This document shows, piece by piece, positions 1 through 8,011 of a stretch of 32,000 nucleotides of DNA. The translations under genes and the position numbers were made by a program. The DNA is taken from the NCBI RefSeq assembly GCF_001457615.1, contig NZ_LN831024.1, positions 4,110,001-4,142,000 of the forward strand, read 5' to 3'. Every line of letters begins with the position of its first letter. The first letter of the stretch is position 1. Under the pieces are notes generated by a model. It saw only the letters and a list, made by a program, of their open reading frames with translations, made no database searches and was not told where the DNA came from. Origin of the DNA: Pseudomonas aeruginosa (GTDB lineage Bacteria; Pseudomonadota; Gammaproteobacteria; Pseudomonadales; Pseudomonadaceae).

Positions 1-45
1 GTGACGGACGCAATGCTCGACGGATCGCCAGGCGTGCTAGCATGA

Positions 46-62
46 ACATACCGACGGTATGT
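46..62. promoter_or_regulatory. Putative TetR-family operator: 17-bp palindrome ACATACCGACGGTATGT
   Basis: Perfect inverted repeat apart from the central base, 14 nt upstream of the TetR ORF start. Confidence 0.6.
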
Positions 63-76
63 AAGAAGGCAACAGT

Positions 77-670
77 ATGAATGTCAAGAGCAGGCAGCAG
101 GAAAATGCCGAGGCGACCCGCGAGGCACTGCTGGAAAGCGCCCTCTCCGCCTTCATCGAACATGGCTATGGCGGAGTCTCCATCGACGCCATCGCCCGCG
201 AGGCGCGCGTGACCAAGGGCGCGTTCTACCACCACTTCGGCAGCAAGCAGGAACTGCTCGCCGAATGCTACGAACGCCAGGTACGGACGATCGCCGAGGA
301 CCTGGACAGGGTGCCGGCGCATGTCGACAAGTGGGCGGAGGCCGCCGCACTGGCCGAGGCCTTCATCGACAGCGTGATGGCGCGCGGCAAGCGGCAACTG
401 TCGCTGCAGGAGGTGATCACGGTCGTCGGCTGGGAGCGATGGAAACGCATCGACTCGCGCCACACGCTGCGCTACGTCGGGCGCCTGGTGGACGAACTGG
501 CGGCCAGTGGCGAACTCAAGGACTACCGCCGGGAAACCCTGGTCGGCCAGCTCTACGGCTTCCTTACCCAGGCCGCGATGAGTCTTCGCGATGCACGCAA
601 CAAGCGGCAAGCGGCCAATGAAGTGAAAGCCATCATCCGCGACTTCCTCTACAGCCTGCGCAGGGGCTGA
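77..670 (+). CDS. TetR/AcrR family transcriptional regulator (197 aa)
   Basis: ORF with a typical TetR N-terminus (TREALLESALSAFIEHGYGGVSIDAIAREARVTKGAFYHHFGSKQELLAECYER). Confidence 0.95.
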   Translation: MNVKSRQQENAEATREALLESALSAFIEHGYGGVSIDAIAREARVTKGAFYHHFGSKQELLAECYERQVRTIAEDLDRVPAHVDKWAEAAALAEAFIDSVMARGKRQLSLQEVITVVGWERWKRIDSRHTLRYVGRLVDELAASGELKDYRRETLVGQLYGFLTQAAMSLRDARNKRQAANEVKAIIRDFLYSLRRG

Positions 671-891
671 GAATGCCGCCCAGCACAAGCGAAGCAAGGA
701 CGCGCCGGTTTAATTTCCAGCGGGCATATCAGCTGTTCTCTAAAGCTGGAAACAATTTAAAAACAGTCCTTTACAGCTGACTTGTTTCACTACACTTCAA
801 ATCAAGCGGCTAAGTCCGCTATCGGCGGGGCCATCGGAATAGAAGCTGCCAAACTGCCCGGCCCCGCCGATCCACCTTGCGCGAGGCCGTC

Positions 892-1371
892 ATGGGTATT
901 TCCGCCAACGATCTTTGCCAGCACGTGATACGCCCGACCCTGGACTACCTGTCCTGCCACAGCCCCGCCGCCGAAGCGCTGCTGCTGGGCGCGGCGGCCT
1001 GCCAGTCGGCGCTGGGGAGCGCCCTCGACGACCGCCGTGGCCACGGCCTGTACCGGATCGCCAGCGAACGCCACCAGCAGCTCTGGGACCAATACCTGGC
1101 GCTGGACCCGGAGCGCGCCAGCCGGGTCCGCGGCCTGGCCAGCCAGCATGCCTTCCTCGCCGCGCCGCACCTGGAACTGACGGTGAACCTGCGCTACAGC
1201 ACGGCCATCGCCTGGTCGCTGGTGGAAGCCGCGCGACTGCCACTGCCCGACCAGCACGACCACCTCGCCCAGGCTCGCGTGTGGCGCCAGGTATTCCAGC
1301 CGCACGGTCGCCTGCACGAGTTCATCGACGCCTGGCAACGCTGCATCGGCAGCCTCAGCCAGGTCGCCTGA
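892..1371 (+). CDS. Conserved hypothetical protein resembling a phage structural/lysozyme-like family (159 aa)
   Basis: ORF 877..1371 begins at a TTG; ATG at 892 is the more likely start (MGISANDLCQHVIRPTLDYL...). The pattern AACQSALGSAL...GHGLYRIASERHQQLWDQYL resembles phage-encoded proteins from memory. Confidence 0.75.
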   Translation: MGISANDLCQHVIRPTLDYLSCHSPAAEALLLGAAACQSALGSALDDRRGHGLYRIASERHQQLWDQYLALDPERASRVRGLASQHAFLAAPHLELTVNLRYSTAIAWSLVEAARLPLPDQHDHLAQARVWRQVFQPHGRLHEFIDAWQRCIGSLSQVA

Positions 1372-1576
1372 CGGCGAATGGAAAAATCCCGCGTCCGAAA
1401 CAGACCAACCGGTCAGAAAATTTTTTACATACAGACACGAACGGTTGCGCTACCTTCGCTTCACTGGCACCGGAGCCAACCGCTCTGTTCCGCACCCTGC
1501 GGAACTTCGGAACACTGGCGCCGGTCTGGGAATCTTGGTAGTTTGCGCGCCGTTATACACAGGAGTTGCTCCAACA

Positions 1577-2851
1577 ATGAAAACAATATGGTTTAAAACC
1601 TCTCTCGCACTGACCATTAGCGCTGTCTCCACCTACACCCTCGCCAACGGCATCGCCATCAACGAACAGAGCGCCAGCGGCGCCGGCACCGCCTACGCCG
1701 GCCGCGCCTCGTCCGCGCTCGATGCCAGCACCATCTACGGCAACCCGGCCGGCCTGTCCAAGCTGAAACGCACCGAAGTCAGCGGCGGTCTGGCCATCGT
1801 CAAGGCCAAGGACGACATCAGCCAGGCCCACAGCACCGCCCAGGGCAGCAACAAGGGCGACTCGGTACCGCTGGCCGCCGTACCGTTCGGCTACTTCTCC
1901 ACGCCGATCAACGAAGATTTCACTTTCGGCCTGGGCATCTACGTGCCCTACGGCATCATCAACGATTACGAAAACGGCTTCATGGGCAGCTCCCACGGCT
2001 CCTATAGCAAGGTGCAGGTGATCACCGTGCAGCCGACCATCGCCTGGAAGATCAACGACAAGGTTTCCGTCGGCTTCGGTCCGACCTTCAACCGCATCGA
2101 CGGCCAGTTGAAGAACACCCTGGCCACCAATGGCCTGCTCGGCAGCAACGGCGATACCAAGATCAACATCAAGGGCGACGACACCGCCATCGGCTACAAC
2201 GTCGGCGTGATGGTCGACCTGACCGACGACACCACCTGGGGCCTGACCTACCACTCCAAGGTCAAGTACCACCTGGGCGGCAACACCGAAGTGAAGAACG
2301 CTCCGGGTGCCCTGGGCCTGAACGGCAAGTACGATGCCAAGCTGGACATCACCCTGCCGGAATCGGTGGATACCTCCATCACCCACAAGTTCGACGACAA
2401 GTGGACGGGCTACCTGGGCGCCGTCTGGACCCGCTGGAGCCGCCTGGAGAAGATCGAGGTGCGCAACAGCGGCGTACCGGCGCTCGGCCAGGCCCTGGGC
2501 TTCAACACCATCGGCGAAGACCTGAACTGGCGCGACACCTGGTCCTTCTCGGTAGGTACCTCCTACCAGGCCACCCCGGAGTGGGTGCTGCGCACCGGCT
2601 TTGCCTACGAGCCGTCGCCGACCTCCAACGAGGACCGCAACGTGCGCATCCCGGTGGGCGACCGCAAGGTCTTCACCGTCGGTGCCGGCTGGTCGCCGAA
2701 CCAGGACCTGACCGTCGACGTGGCCTACGCCTACCTGTGGGAAACCACCGCCGGCGTCAACCAGGAAGGCAGCGCCCTGCAGCCGGCCTACAGCGCCAAG
2801 TACGACAACAGCGCGCATGGCCTGACCGCCCAGGTCACCTATCGTTTCTGA
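1577..2851 (+). CDS. FadL/OmpP1-family outer membrane transport protein
   Basis: Signal peptide MKTIWFKTSLALTISAVSTYTLA, then NGIAINEQSASGAGTAYAGRASSALDASTIYGNPAGLSKL, characteristic of FadL; ends in aromatic Phe (TYRF). The ATG at 1577 follows an AGGAG motif; the track ORF starts earlier at 1445. Confidence 0.93.
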   Translation: MKTIWFKTSLALTISAVSTYTLANGIAINEQSASGAGTAYAGRASSALDASTIYGNPAGLSKLKRTEVSGGLAIVKAKDDISQAHSTAQGSNKGDSVPLAAVPFGYFSTPINEDFTFGLGIYVPYGIINDYENGFMGSSHGSYSKVQVITVQPTIAWKINDKVSVGFGPTFNRIDGQLKNTLATNGLLGSNGDTKINIKGDDTAIGYNVGVMVDLTDDTTWGLTYHSKVKYHLGGNTEVKNAPGALGLNGKYDAKLDITLPESVDTSITHKFDDKWTGYLGAVWTRWSRLEKIEVRNSGVPALGQALGFNTIGEDLNWRDTWSFSVGTSYQATPEWVLRTGFAYEPSPTSNEDRNVRIPVGDRKVFTVGAGWSPNQDLTVDVAYAYLWETTAGVNQEGSALQPAYSAKYDNSAHGLTAQVTYRF

Positions 2852-2869
2852 TCGCACGCGCCAACGAAG

Positions 2870-2893
2870 AAGCCGGGCAATGCCCGGCTTTTT
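2870..2893. terminator. Bidirectional Rho-independent terminator
   Basis: AAGCCGGGCAATGCCCGGCTTTTT: 7-bp GCCGGGC/GCCCGGC stem with a T-tract, between the convergent fadL-like and gpx-like genes. Confidence 0.88.
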
Positions 2894-2909
2894 CATGCCT
2901 GGCCGACCC

Positions 2910-3464
2910 TCAGGGCTGGCTGGCGATGGCCTTCTCGATGGCGGCCTGGAGCTGCGGATCGTCCGGGGTGGTCTTGCTGGAGAACTGCGCGACCACCCTG
3001 CCCTGGCGATCCACCACGTACTTGTAGAAATTCCAGCGCGGCGCCTGGCCGCTCTGCTCGGCCAACTGGCGGAACAGCGGGATCGCCTCGTCGCCGCGCA
3101 CGTGCTGCGGCTGGGTCATGGCGAAGGTCACGCCGTAGTTGCCATAGCAGATCTTCGCGGTCTCGGCGGTATCCGCGGCTTCCTGCTTGAAGTCGTCGGA
3201 AGGTACCCCGAGCACTTCCAGGCCCTGCCCCTTGTAACGCTGGTAGAGCGCCTCGAGCCCCTTGAACTGCGGGGTGAAGCCACAGTGGCTGGCAGTGTTG
3301 ACCACCACCAGCGGCTTGCCGGCGTAACGCTGGCAAAGATCGATGCTTTCCTTGGAACGCAGCTTGGTCAACTGGCCCTGCAACAGTTCCGGGCAATCGG
3401 CGGCCCAGCCGCTCAGCGGCAGCCCGGCGAGCGCCAGGACGGACAACAGCACGCGAGGTTTCAT
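2910..3464 (-). CDS. Glutathione peroxidase-family protein with N-terminal signal peptide (probably periplasmic)
   Basis: [22 protein letters not shown] signal, then [39 protein letters not shown] and [16 protein letters not shown] motifs. An AAGGAG RBS precedes the 3464 start; the track ORF extends to 3521. Confidence 0.93.
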   Translation of the reverse strand: MKPRVLLSVLALAGLPLSGWAADCPELLQGQLTKLRSKESIDLCQRYAGKPLVVVNTASHCGFTPQFKGLEALYQRYKGQGLEVLGVPSDDFKQEAADTAETAKICYGNYGVTFAMTQPQHVRGDEAIPLFRQLAEQSGQAPRWNFYKYVVDRQGRVVAQFSSKTTPDDPQLQAAIEKAIASQP

Positions 3465-3524
3465 GGAATGGCTCCTTGGCGACGAATGTCCCAGCTTACC
3501 CTTCCCCGCGCCTATCGCCACCTA

Positions 3525-3632
3525 TCAGCATGCGCCCATGCCCAGTTCCAGCAGCGCCAGTCCGCCACGCTGCCAGCCCCACCAGGCGAGTCCCAGCAGC
3601 GCCCCGGCGGCGAGCAGCCAGGCCAGCTTCAC
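3525..3632 (-). CDS. Possible 35-aa single-TM miniprotein translationally coupled to the upstream MFS gene
   Basis: GTG start overlaps the MFS TGA stop (GTGA). Translation: MKLAWLLAAGALLGLAWWGWQRGGLALLELGMGAC. Confidence 0.5.
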   Translation of the reverse strand: MKLAWLLAAGALLGLAWWGWQRGGLALLELGMGAC

Positions 3633-4828
3633 GCCGCGCCTCCGGCCACCTGCAGGCGCGCCACCGGACGCTCGCGCACCGGCCAGTTGAGCAGCGCCGC
3701 GAGCAGGCTTAGCAGGATCGACAACTGCCAGACCAGGTCGTAGCTGCCGGTGCGGTCGTAGACCACCCCGCCCAGCCAGCCGCCGAGGAAGGCGCCCAAC
3801 TGGTGGAAGAGGAACACGATGCCGCCGAGCATCGACAGGTTGCGCACGCCGAACAGGGTCGCCACGGTGCCGTTGGTCAGGGGCACCGTGGACAGCCACA
3901 GCAGCCCCATGGCCACGCCGAAGGCGTAGGCGCTGTAGACGCTCAGCGGCAGCCAGAGGAACAGCACGATCACTACCCCGCGCACCAGGTACAGCGCGGT
4001 CAGCAGGCGCGGCTTCGACCAGCGCCCGCCGAGCCAGCCGGCGATGTAGGTGCCGAACACGTTGAACAGCCCGACCAGCGCCAGCACCGTGGTGCCGACC
4101 TGCGCCGGCAGGTGCTGGTCGACCAGGTAGGCCGGCAGGTGTACGCCGATGAACACCACCTGGAAGCCGCAGACGAAGAAGCCCAGCGCCAGCAGCCAGA
4201 ACCCGGAATGCGCGCAGGCCTCGCGCAGCGCTTCGCCGAGGCTCTGTTCATGGCCCTGCGGCGGCAACGGGCGATCCTTCATCAGCCCGGCCAGCGGCAC
4301 GATCAGCGCCACCAGCAGGCCCAGGGCGAGCAGGGCCGAGGACCAGCCCAGCCAGCCGATCAGGGCGAGGGTACCGGGCAGCATGGCGAACTGGCCGAAG
4401 GAGCCGGCCGCGCTGGAGATACCCATCGCCATGCTGCGCTGCTCCGCCGGCACTGCGCGGCCGACGGCGCCGAGGATCACCGAGAACGAGGTGCCGGAAA
4501 GGCCCAGGCCGATCAGCAGGCCGGCGCTCAGCGACAGCCCGGTGGCCGACTGCGAGAGTCCCATCAGGACCAGGCCGAGGGCGTACAGCAGGCCCCCCAC
4601 CAGCACCGCCCGCGCCGCGCCGTAGCGGTCGGCGAGCGCCCCGGTGAACGGCTGGGCCAGGCCCCAGACCAGGTTCTGCAAGGCGATGGCGAAGGCGAAG
4701 ACTTCGCGGCCCCAGCCGAAGTCGGCGCTCATCGGCGCGAGGAACAGGCCGAAGCCATGTCGCACGCCGAGGGACAGGGCGAGGATCAGGGCTCCGGACA
4801 GCAGGATCCAGAAGGCGGCACGCGGCAT
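3629..4828 (-). CDS. MFS transporter (12-TM type)
   Basis: MPRAAFWILLSGALILALSLGVRHGFGLFLAPMSADFGWGREVFAFAIALQNLVWGLAQPFTGALADRYGAARAVLVGG; MFS motif between TM2 and TM3. GGAG motif upstream of the 4828 start; ORF can extend to 4840. Confidence 0.93.
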   Translation of the reverse strand: MPRAAFWILLSGALILALSLGVRHGFGLFLAPMSADFGWGREVFAFAIALQNLVWGLAQPFTGALADRYGAARAVLVGGLLYALGLVLMGLSQSATGLSLSAGLLIGLGLSGTSFSVILGAVGRAVPAEQRSMAMGISSAAGSFGQFAMLPGTLALIGWLGWSSALLALGLLVALIVPLAGLMKDRPLPPQGHEQSLGEALREACAHSGFWLLALGFFVCGFQVVFIGVHLPAYLVDQHLPAQVGTTVLALVGLFNVFGTYIAGWLGGRWSKPRLLTALYLVRGVVIVLFLWLPLSVYSAYAFGVAMGLLWLSTVPLTNGTVATLFGVRNLSMLGGIVFLFHQLGAFLGGWLGGVVYDRTGSYDLVWQLSILLSLLAALLNWPVRERPVARLQVAGGAA

Positions 4829-4843
4829 GGGTCGCTCCATCTA

Positions 4844-4857
4844 CGGGTATATACCCG
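4844..4857. promoter_or_regulatory. Perfect 14-bp palindrome CGGGTATATACCCG upstream of the MFS gene
   Basis: Self-complementary. A 13/14 match (CGTGTATATACCCG) occurs at 5321-5334 upstream of marR. Confidence 0.6.
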
Positions 4858-4901
4858 CTTTATCGTGAACGAAGCGCCTCGGCGAGAGGCTTCGTCGGTT
4901 G

Positions 4902-5315
4902 TCAGTCCAGTCGCTCCAGTTCCACCAGCAACGCCGCCAAGGCGCCGCTGCGCTCCTCGCCAAGGCGCCCGGCGAGACGCCGCTGCGCGTCTTCCCAGGC
5001 CGGCGTTCCGCGCTCCAGGGCATCCAGCCCGGCAGGCGTCAGCTCGACCAGGCGGTTGCGCTGGTCCTCGCCACCGGTCAGGCGCAGCAGGCCGTCGCCT
5101 TCCAGCACCCGCAGGTTGCGACCGAGGGTGCTGCGGTCGAGTCCCATGGCTTCGGCGAGTTCGGAAATGCTCGGCCGGTCCAGGCGCCGCAGGTGCCGCA
5201 GCAGGGAAAACTGCGCCACCTTGAGGCCGGTATCGGCCAGCGCCTCGTCGTAGAAGCGGGAAACGCTGCGGGCGGCGCGACGCAGTTTGGTACAGAGGCA
5301 TTGGGTCGGTAGCAT
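4902..5315 (-). CDS. MarR-family transcriptional regulator with N-terminal Cys residues (possibly OhrR-like)
   Basis: MLPTQCLCTKLRRAARSVSRFYDEALADTGLKVAQFSLLRHLRRLDRPSISELAEAMGLDRSTLGRNLRVLEGDGLLRLTGGEDQRNRLVELTPAG: MarR winged helix with DQRN wing. Confidence 0.93.
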   Translation of the reverse strand: MLPTQCLCTKLRRAARSVSRFYDEALADTGLKVAQFSLLRHLRRLDRPSISELAEAMGLDRSTLGRNLRVLEGDGLLRLTGGEDQRNRLVELTPAGLDALERGTPAWEDAQRRLAGRLGEERSGALAALLVELERLD

Positions 5316-5351
5316 GGATGCGTGTATATACCCGTACTTCTCGACGGTCAA
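5316..5351 (-). promoter_or_regulatory. Putative marR promoter with overlapping operator
   Basis: Minus strand: TTGACC - 17 nt - TATACA - 7 nt - ATG (start at 5315). Palindrome copy at 5321-5334 overlaps the -10. Confidence 0.6.
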
Positions 5352-5481
5352 GCGGATTGTCCGAACTGCCAACGCCGTCTGTTGCCCCTGCCAAGGCCGG
5401 ACGCCGGGCGCTGGCCTATAACTCGCGCTGTCAGCGGCGACCGGGAGCACCCGGCGCCCTCCATCCATCGCCGAGGTAGCC

Positions 5482-7302
5482 ATGCCCGTTTACAAAGCCC
5501 CGCTGCGCGACACGCGCTTCCTGCTCAACGAAGTCTTCGATTTCCCCGAGCATTACCGCAACCTGGTCAACGGAGCCGAAGCCACGCCGGACATGGTCGA
5601 TGCGATCCTCGGCGAATGCGCGAAGCTCTGCGAGGAAGTGATCGCCCCGCTCTACCACAGCGGCGACGAGGAAGGCTGCCACCTGGAGAACGGCGAAGTA
5701 CGGACGCCGAAGGGCTACAAGGAAGCCTACGAGGCCTATGTCGCCGGCGGCTGGCAGGGCCTCTCGCACCCGGTGGAGTACGGTGGCCAGGGCCTGCCGA
5801 TGAGCCTCGGCGCGCTCAAGCAGGAGATGATGGGCACCGCCAACTGGCCGTTCTCCATGTATCCCGGCCTCTCCCTCGGCGCGATGAACACCCTGATGCA
5901 GCACGGCACCGAGGAACAGAAGCAGACCTACCTGGTTCCGCTCACCGAGGGCCGCTGGGGCGGCACCATGTGCCTCACCGAGCCGCAGTGCGGCACCGAT
6001 CTCGGCCAGGTGAAGACCCGCGCCGAGGCCAACCCCGACGGTAGCTACGCCATCAGCGGGACGAAGATCTTCATCTCTTCCGGCGAACACGACCTGACCG
6101 AGAACATCGTCCACATCGTCCTCGCCCGCCTGCCGGACGCACCGAAGGGCACCCGCGGCATTTCCCTGTTCATCGTGCCCAAGTTCCTTCCCGGCGAAGG
6201 AGGCGCGCTCGGCCCGCGCAACGGCGTGAGTTGCGGCGCGCTGGAGAAGAAGATGGGGATCAAGGCCTCGGCCACCTGCGTGATGAACTTCGACGGCGCC
6301 ACCGGCTTCCTCATCGGACCGCCGAACAAGGGCCTGGAATGCATGTTCACCTTCATGAACAGCGCCCGCATCGGCACCGCCATCCAGGGCGTGGCCACCG
6401 CCGAGCTGGCCTACCAGGGCGCCCTCGCCTACGCCCGCGAACGCCGCTCCATGCGCGCGCTCTCCGGGACCAAGGAACCCGACCAGGTCGCCGACAGCCT
6501 GATGCACCACGGCGACGTGCGGCGCATGCTGCTGACCCAGAAGGCCATCGCCGAAGGTGGCCGGGCGCTGGTCTACCTGGCCACCCAGTACGCCGACCGG
6601 ATGATCCAGGGCATCCTCAGCAACGACGACGCCGAGTACGAACGCTGGGACGACAAGCTCGGCTTCCTCACGCCGATCCTCAAGGGCTGCCTGACCGAAC
6701 TCGGCCTGGAAAGCGCCAACCTCGGCATGCAGGTGTTCGGCGGCCACGGCTATATCCGCGAACACGGCATGGAGCAGATCGTCCGCGACGCGCGGATCGC
6801 CACCCTCTACGAAGGCACCACCGGCATCCAGGCCCTCGATCTGCTCGGCCGCAAGGTCCTGCTGATGACCCAGGGCAAGGCCGTGCGCGACTTCACCAGG
6901 GGCGTGGCCCGGTTCGCCGTCGACCTGCTGAAGAACGAGCCGCGCATGCGCGGCCGCGCCCTGGTGCTGCTCAAGCTCTGCGCCCAATGGAACCTGCTGA
7001 CCCTGCGCATTGCCCTCAGCGCGCGCAAGCAACGCGATCTGGTGAGCACCGCCAGCCACGACTACCTGATGTTCTCCGGCTACGCCACGCTGGCCTATTC
7101 CTGGGCCCTCCAGGAAGCCGCTGCGCGCCGGCGACTGCGCCAGGGCGGCAGCGAGTCGGCGGACTTCTACAAGGCCAAGATCGCCACCAGCGAGTTCTAC
7201 TTCGCCCGCCTGCTTCCGCGCGCCAAGGGCCACGCGGCGGCGATGGCGAAGCCGACCGGTTCGATCATGGACCTGAAGAGCGAGCACTTCGCCTTCGACT
7301 GA
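5482..7302 (+). CDS. Acyl-CoA dehydrogenase, approximately 606-aa class (DmdC-like)
   Basis: Contains MCLTEPQCGTDLGQVKTRAEANPDGSYAISGTKIFISSGEHDLTENIVHIVLARLPDAPKGTRGISLFIVPK and GGHGYIREHGMEQIVRDARIATLYEGTTGIQALDLLGRK. Confidence 0.94.
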   Translation: MPVYKAPLRDTRFLLNEVFDFPEHYRNLVNGAEATPDMVDAILGECAKLCEEVIAPLYHSGDEEGCHLENGEVRTPKGYKEAYEAYVAGGWQGLSHPVEYGGQGLPMSLGALKQEMMGTANWPFSMYPGLSLGAMNTLMQHGTEEQKQTYLVPLTEGRWGGTMCLTEPQCGTDLGQVKTRAEANPDGSYAISGTKIFISSGEHDLTENIVHIVLARLPDAPKGTRGISLFIVPKFLPGEGGALGPRNGVSCGALEKKMGIKASATCVMNFDGATGFLIGPPNKGLECMFTFMNSARIGTAIQGVATAELAYQGALAYARERRSMRALSGTKEPDQVADSLMHHGDVRRMLLTQKAIAEGGRALVYLATQYADRMIQGILSNDDAEYERWDDKLGFLTPILKGCLTELGLESANLGMQVFGGHGYIREHGMEQIVRDARIATLYEGTTGIQALDLLGRKVLLMTQGKAVRDFTRGVARFAVDLLKNEPRMRGRALVLLKLCAQWNLLTLRIALSARKQRDLVSTASHDYLMFSGYATLAYSWALQEAAARRRLRQGGSESADFYKAKIATSEFYFARLLPRAKGHAAAMAKPTGSIMDLKSEHFAFD

Positions 7303-7318
7303 GGCGACCACCCGCAGC

Positions 7319-7349
7319 GCGCCAGCGGAGCCTCAGTCTCCGCTGGCGC
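7319..7349. other. 12-bp perfect inverted repeat (possible bidirectional transcription terminator)
   Basis: GCGCCAGCGGAG-CCTCAGT-CTCCGCTGGCGC between the convergent acyl-CoA dehydrogenase and tetR genes; no T-tract. Confidence 0.5.
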
Positions 7350-7893
7350 CAGCCGCCGTCAGCAACAACGCACGAACGTCGTCGAGCATCGAGTCCCATT
7401 CCTCCTGGCCAATGTCCATCAGGCGGAAGTAGCGCAACATGAAGGCGCCCTCCACCGCCAGGAACGCCAGGCGCGCACGGCGCCCCTCGGGTGCGGACAG
7501 GTCCAGGCCTTCCAACCGGCTGCGATACCACTGGTTGCTGCCCTCCAGGTGCTCGGGCGTCTGGATCAGCGCCGCCATCAGCGCCGCCGCCTTGCTGCTG
7601 GACAACTCGTCCGAACGCTGGGTCGCCTCGGCATGCGCGCGAACCCGCGTCAGCGGCGTCGGCTGCTTCCCCGCCACCGCTTCGAACAGGCTGTCGTAGG
7701 CCTTGCCCCAGCGCTCGAAGATCGCGTCGATCAGCGCGTCCTTGGTACCGAAGCAGTACTGCACGCCGCCCTTGGTGATGCCCATTTCCTTCGCCACCGC
7801 ATCGATGGTCAGGCCGGCCGCGCCCTCGCGGGCGATCACCGCCTCGGCGGCATCGAGCAACTGGTCGCGGTCGATCGTTCGTCGGCGTCCCAT
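7333..7893 (-). CDS. TetR/AcrR family transcriptional regulator (186 aa)
   Basis: MGRRRTIDRDQLLDAAEAVIAREGAAGLTIDAVAKEMGITKGGVQYCFGTKDALIDAIFERW; RBS AGAGG upstream. Confidence 0.95.
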   Translation of the reverse strand: MGRRRTIDRDQLLDAAEAVIAREGAAGLTIDAVAKEMGITKGGVQYCFGTKDALIDAIFERWGKAYDSLFEAVAGKQPTPLTRVRAHAEATQRSDELSSSKAAALMAALIQTPEHLEGSNQWYRSRLEGLDLSAPEGRRARLAFLAVEGAFMLRYFRLMDIGQEEWDSMLDDVRALLLTAAGASGD

Positions 7894-7902
7894 GGCTACC
7901 TC

Positions 7903-7931
7903 TTGAGTTTAAATCCATACGTATGTATTTA
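7903..7931 (+). promoter_or_regulatory. Promoter for the downstream MFS gene with an embedded TetR-type operator
   Basis: TTGAGT - 17 nt - TATTTA. The spacer contains palindrome CATACGTATG (7916-7925), extending to AAATCCATACGTATGTATTT (7911-7930) with one mismatched pair. Confidence 0.6.
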
Positions 7932-8011
7932 TATTTTCACGCGTCCGCCTGTGGCGCGCAATTCCCGTTATCCACGGCGAGCGAAGAACCGTTCGCCACA
8001 GAGGTTATCCC

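Noticed and set aside
1398-1415. Possible operator CAGACCAACCGGTCAG upstream of the FadL-like gene
   Set aside because: Only the GACC/GGTC arms match well; too weak to call without comparative data.
1553-2896. 447-aa minus-strand ORF antisense to the FadL-like gene
   Set aside because: Composition mirrors the sense gene and it overlaps the terminator hairpin; no domain.
5431-7311. 626-aa minus-strand ORF antisense to the acyl-CoA dehydrogenase
   Set aside because: Open reading is expected opposite a GC3-rich gene; no recognisable protein motif.
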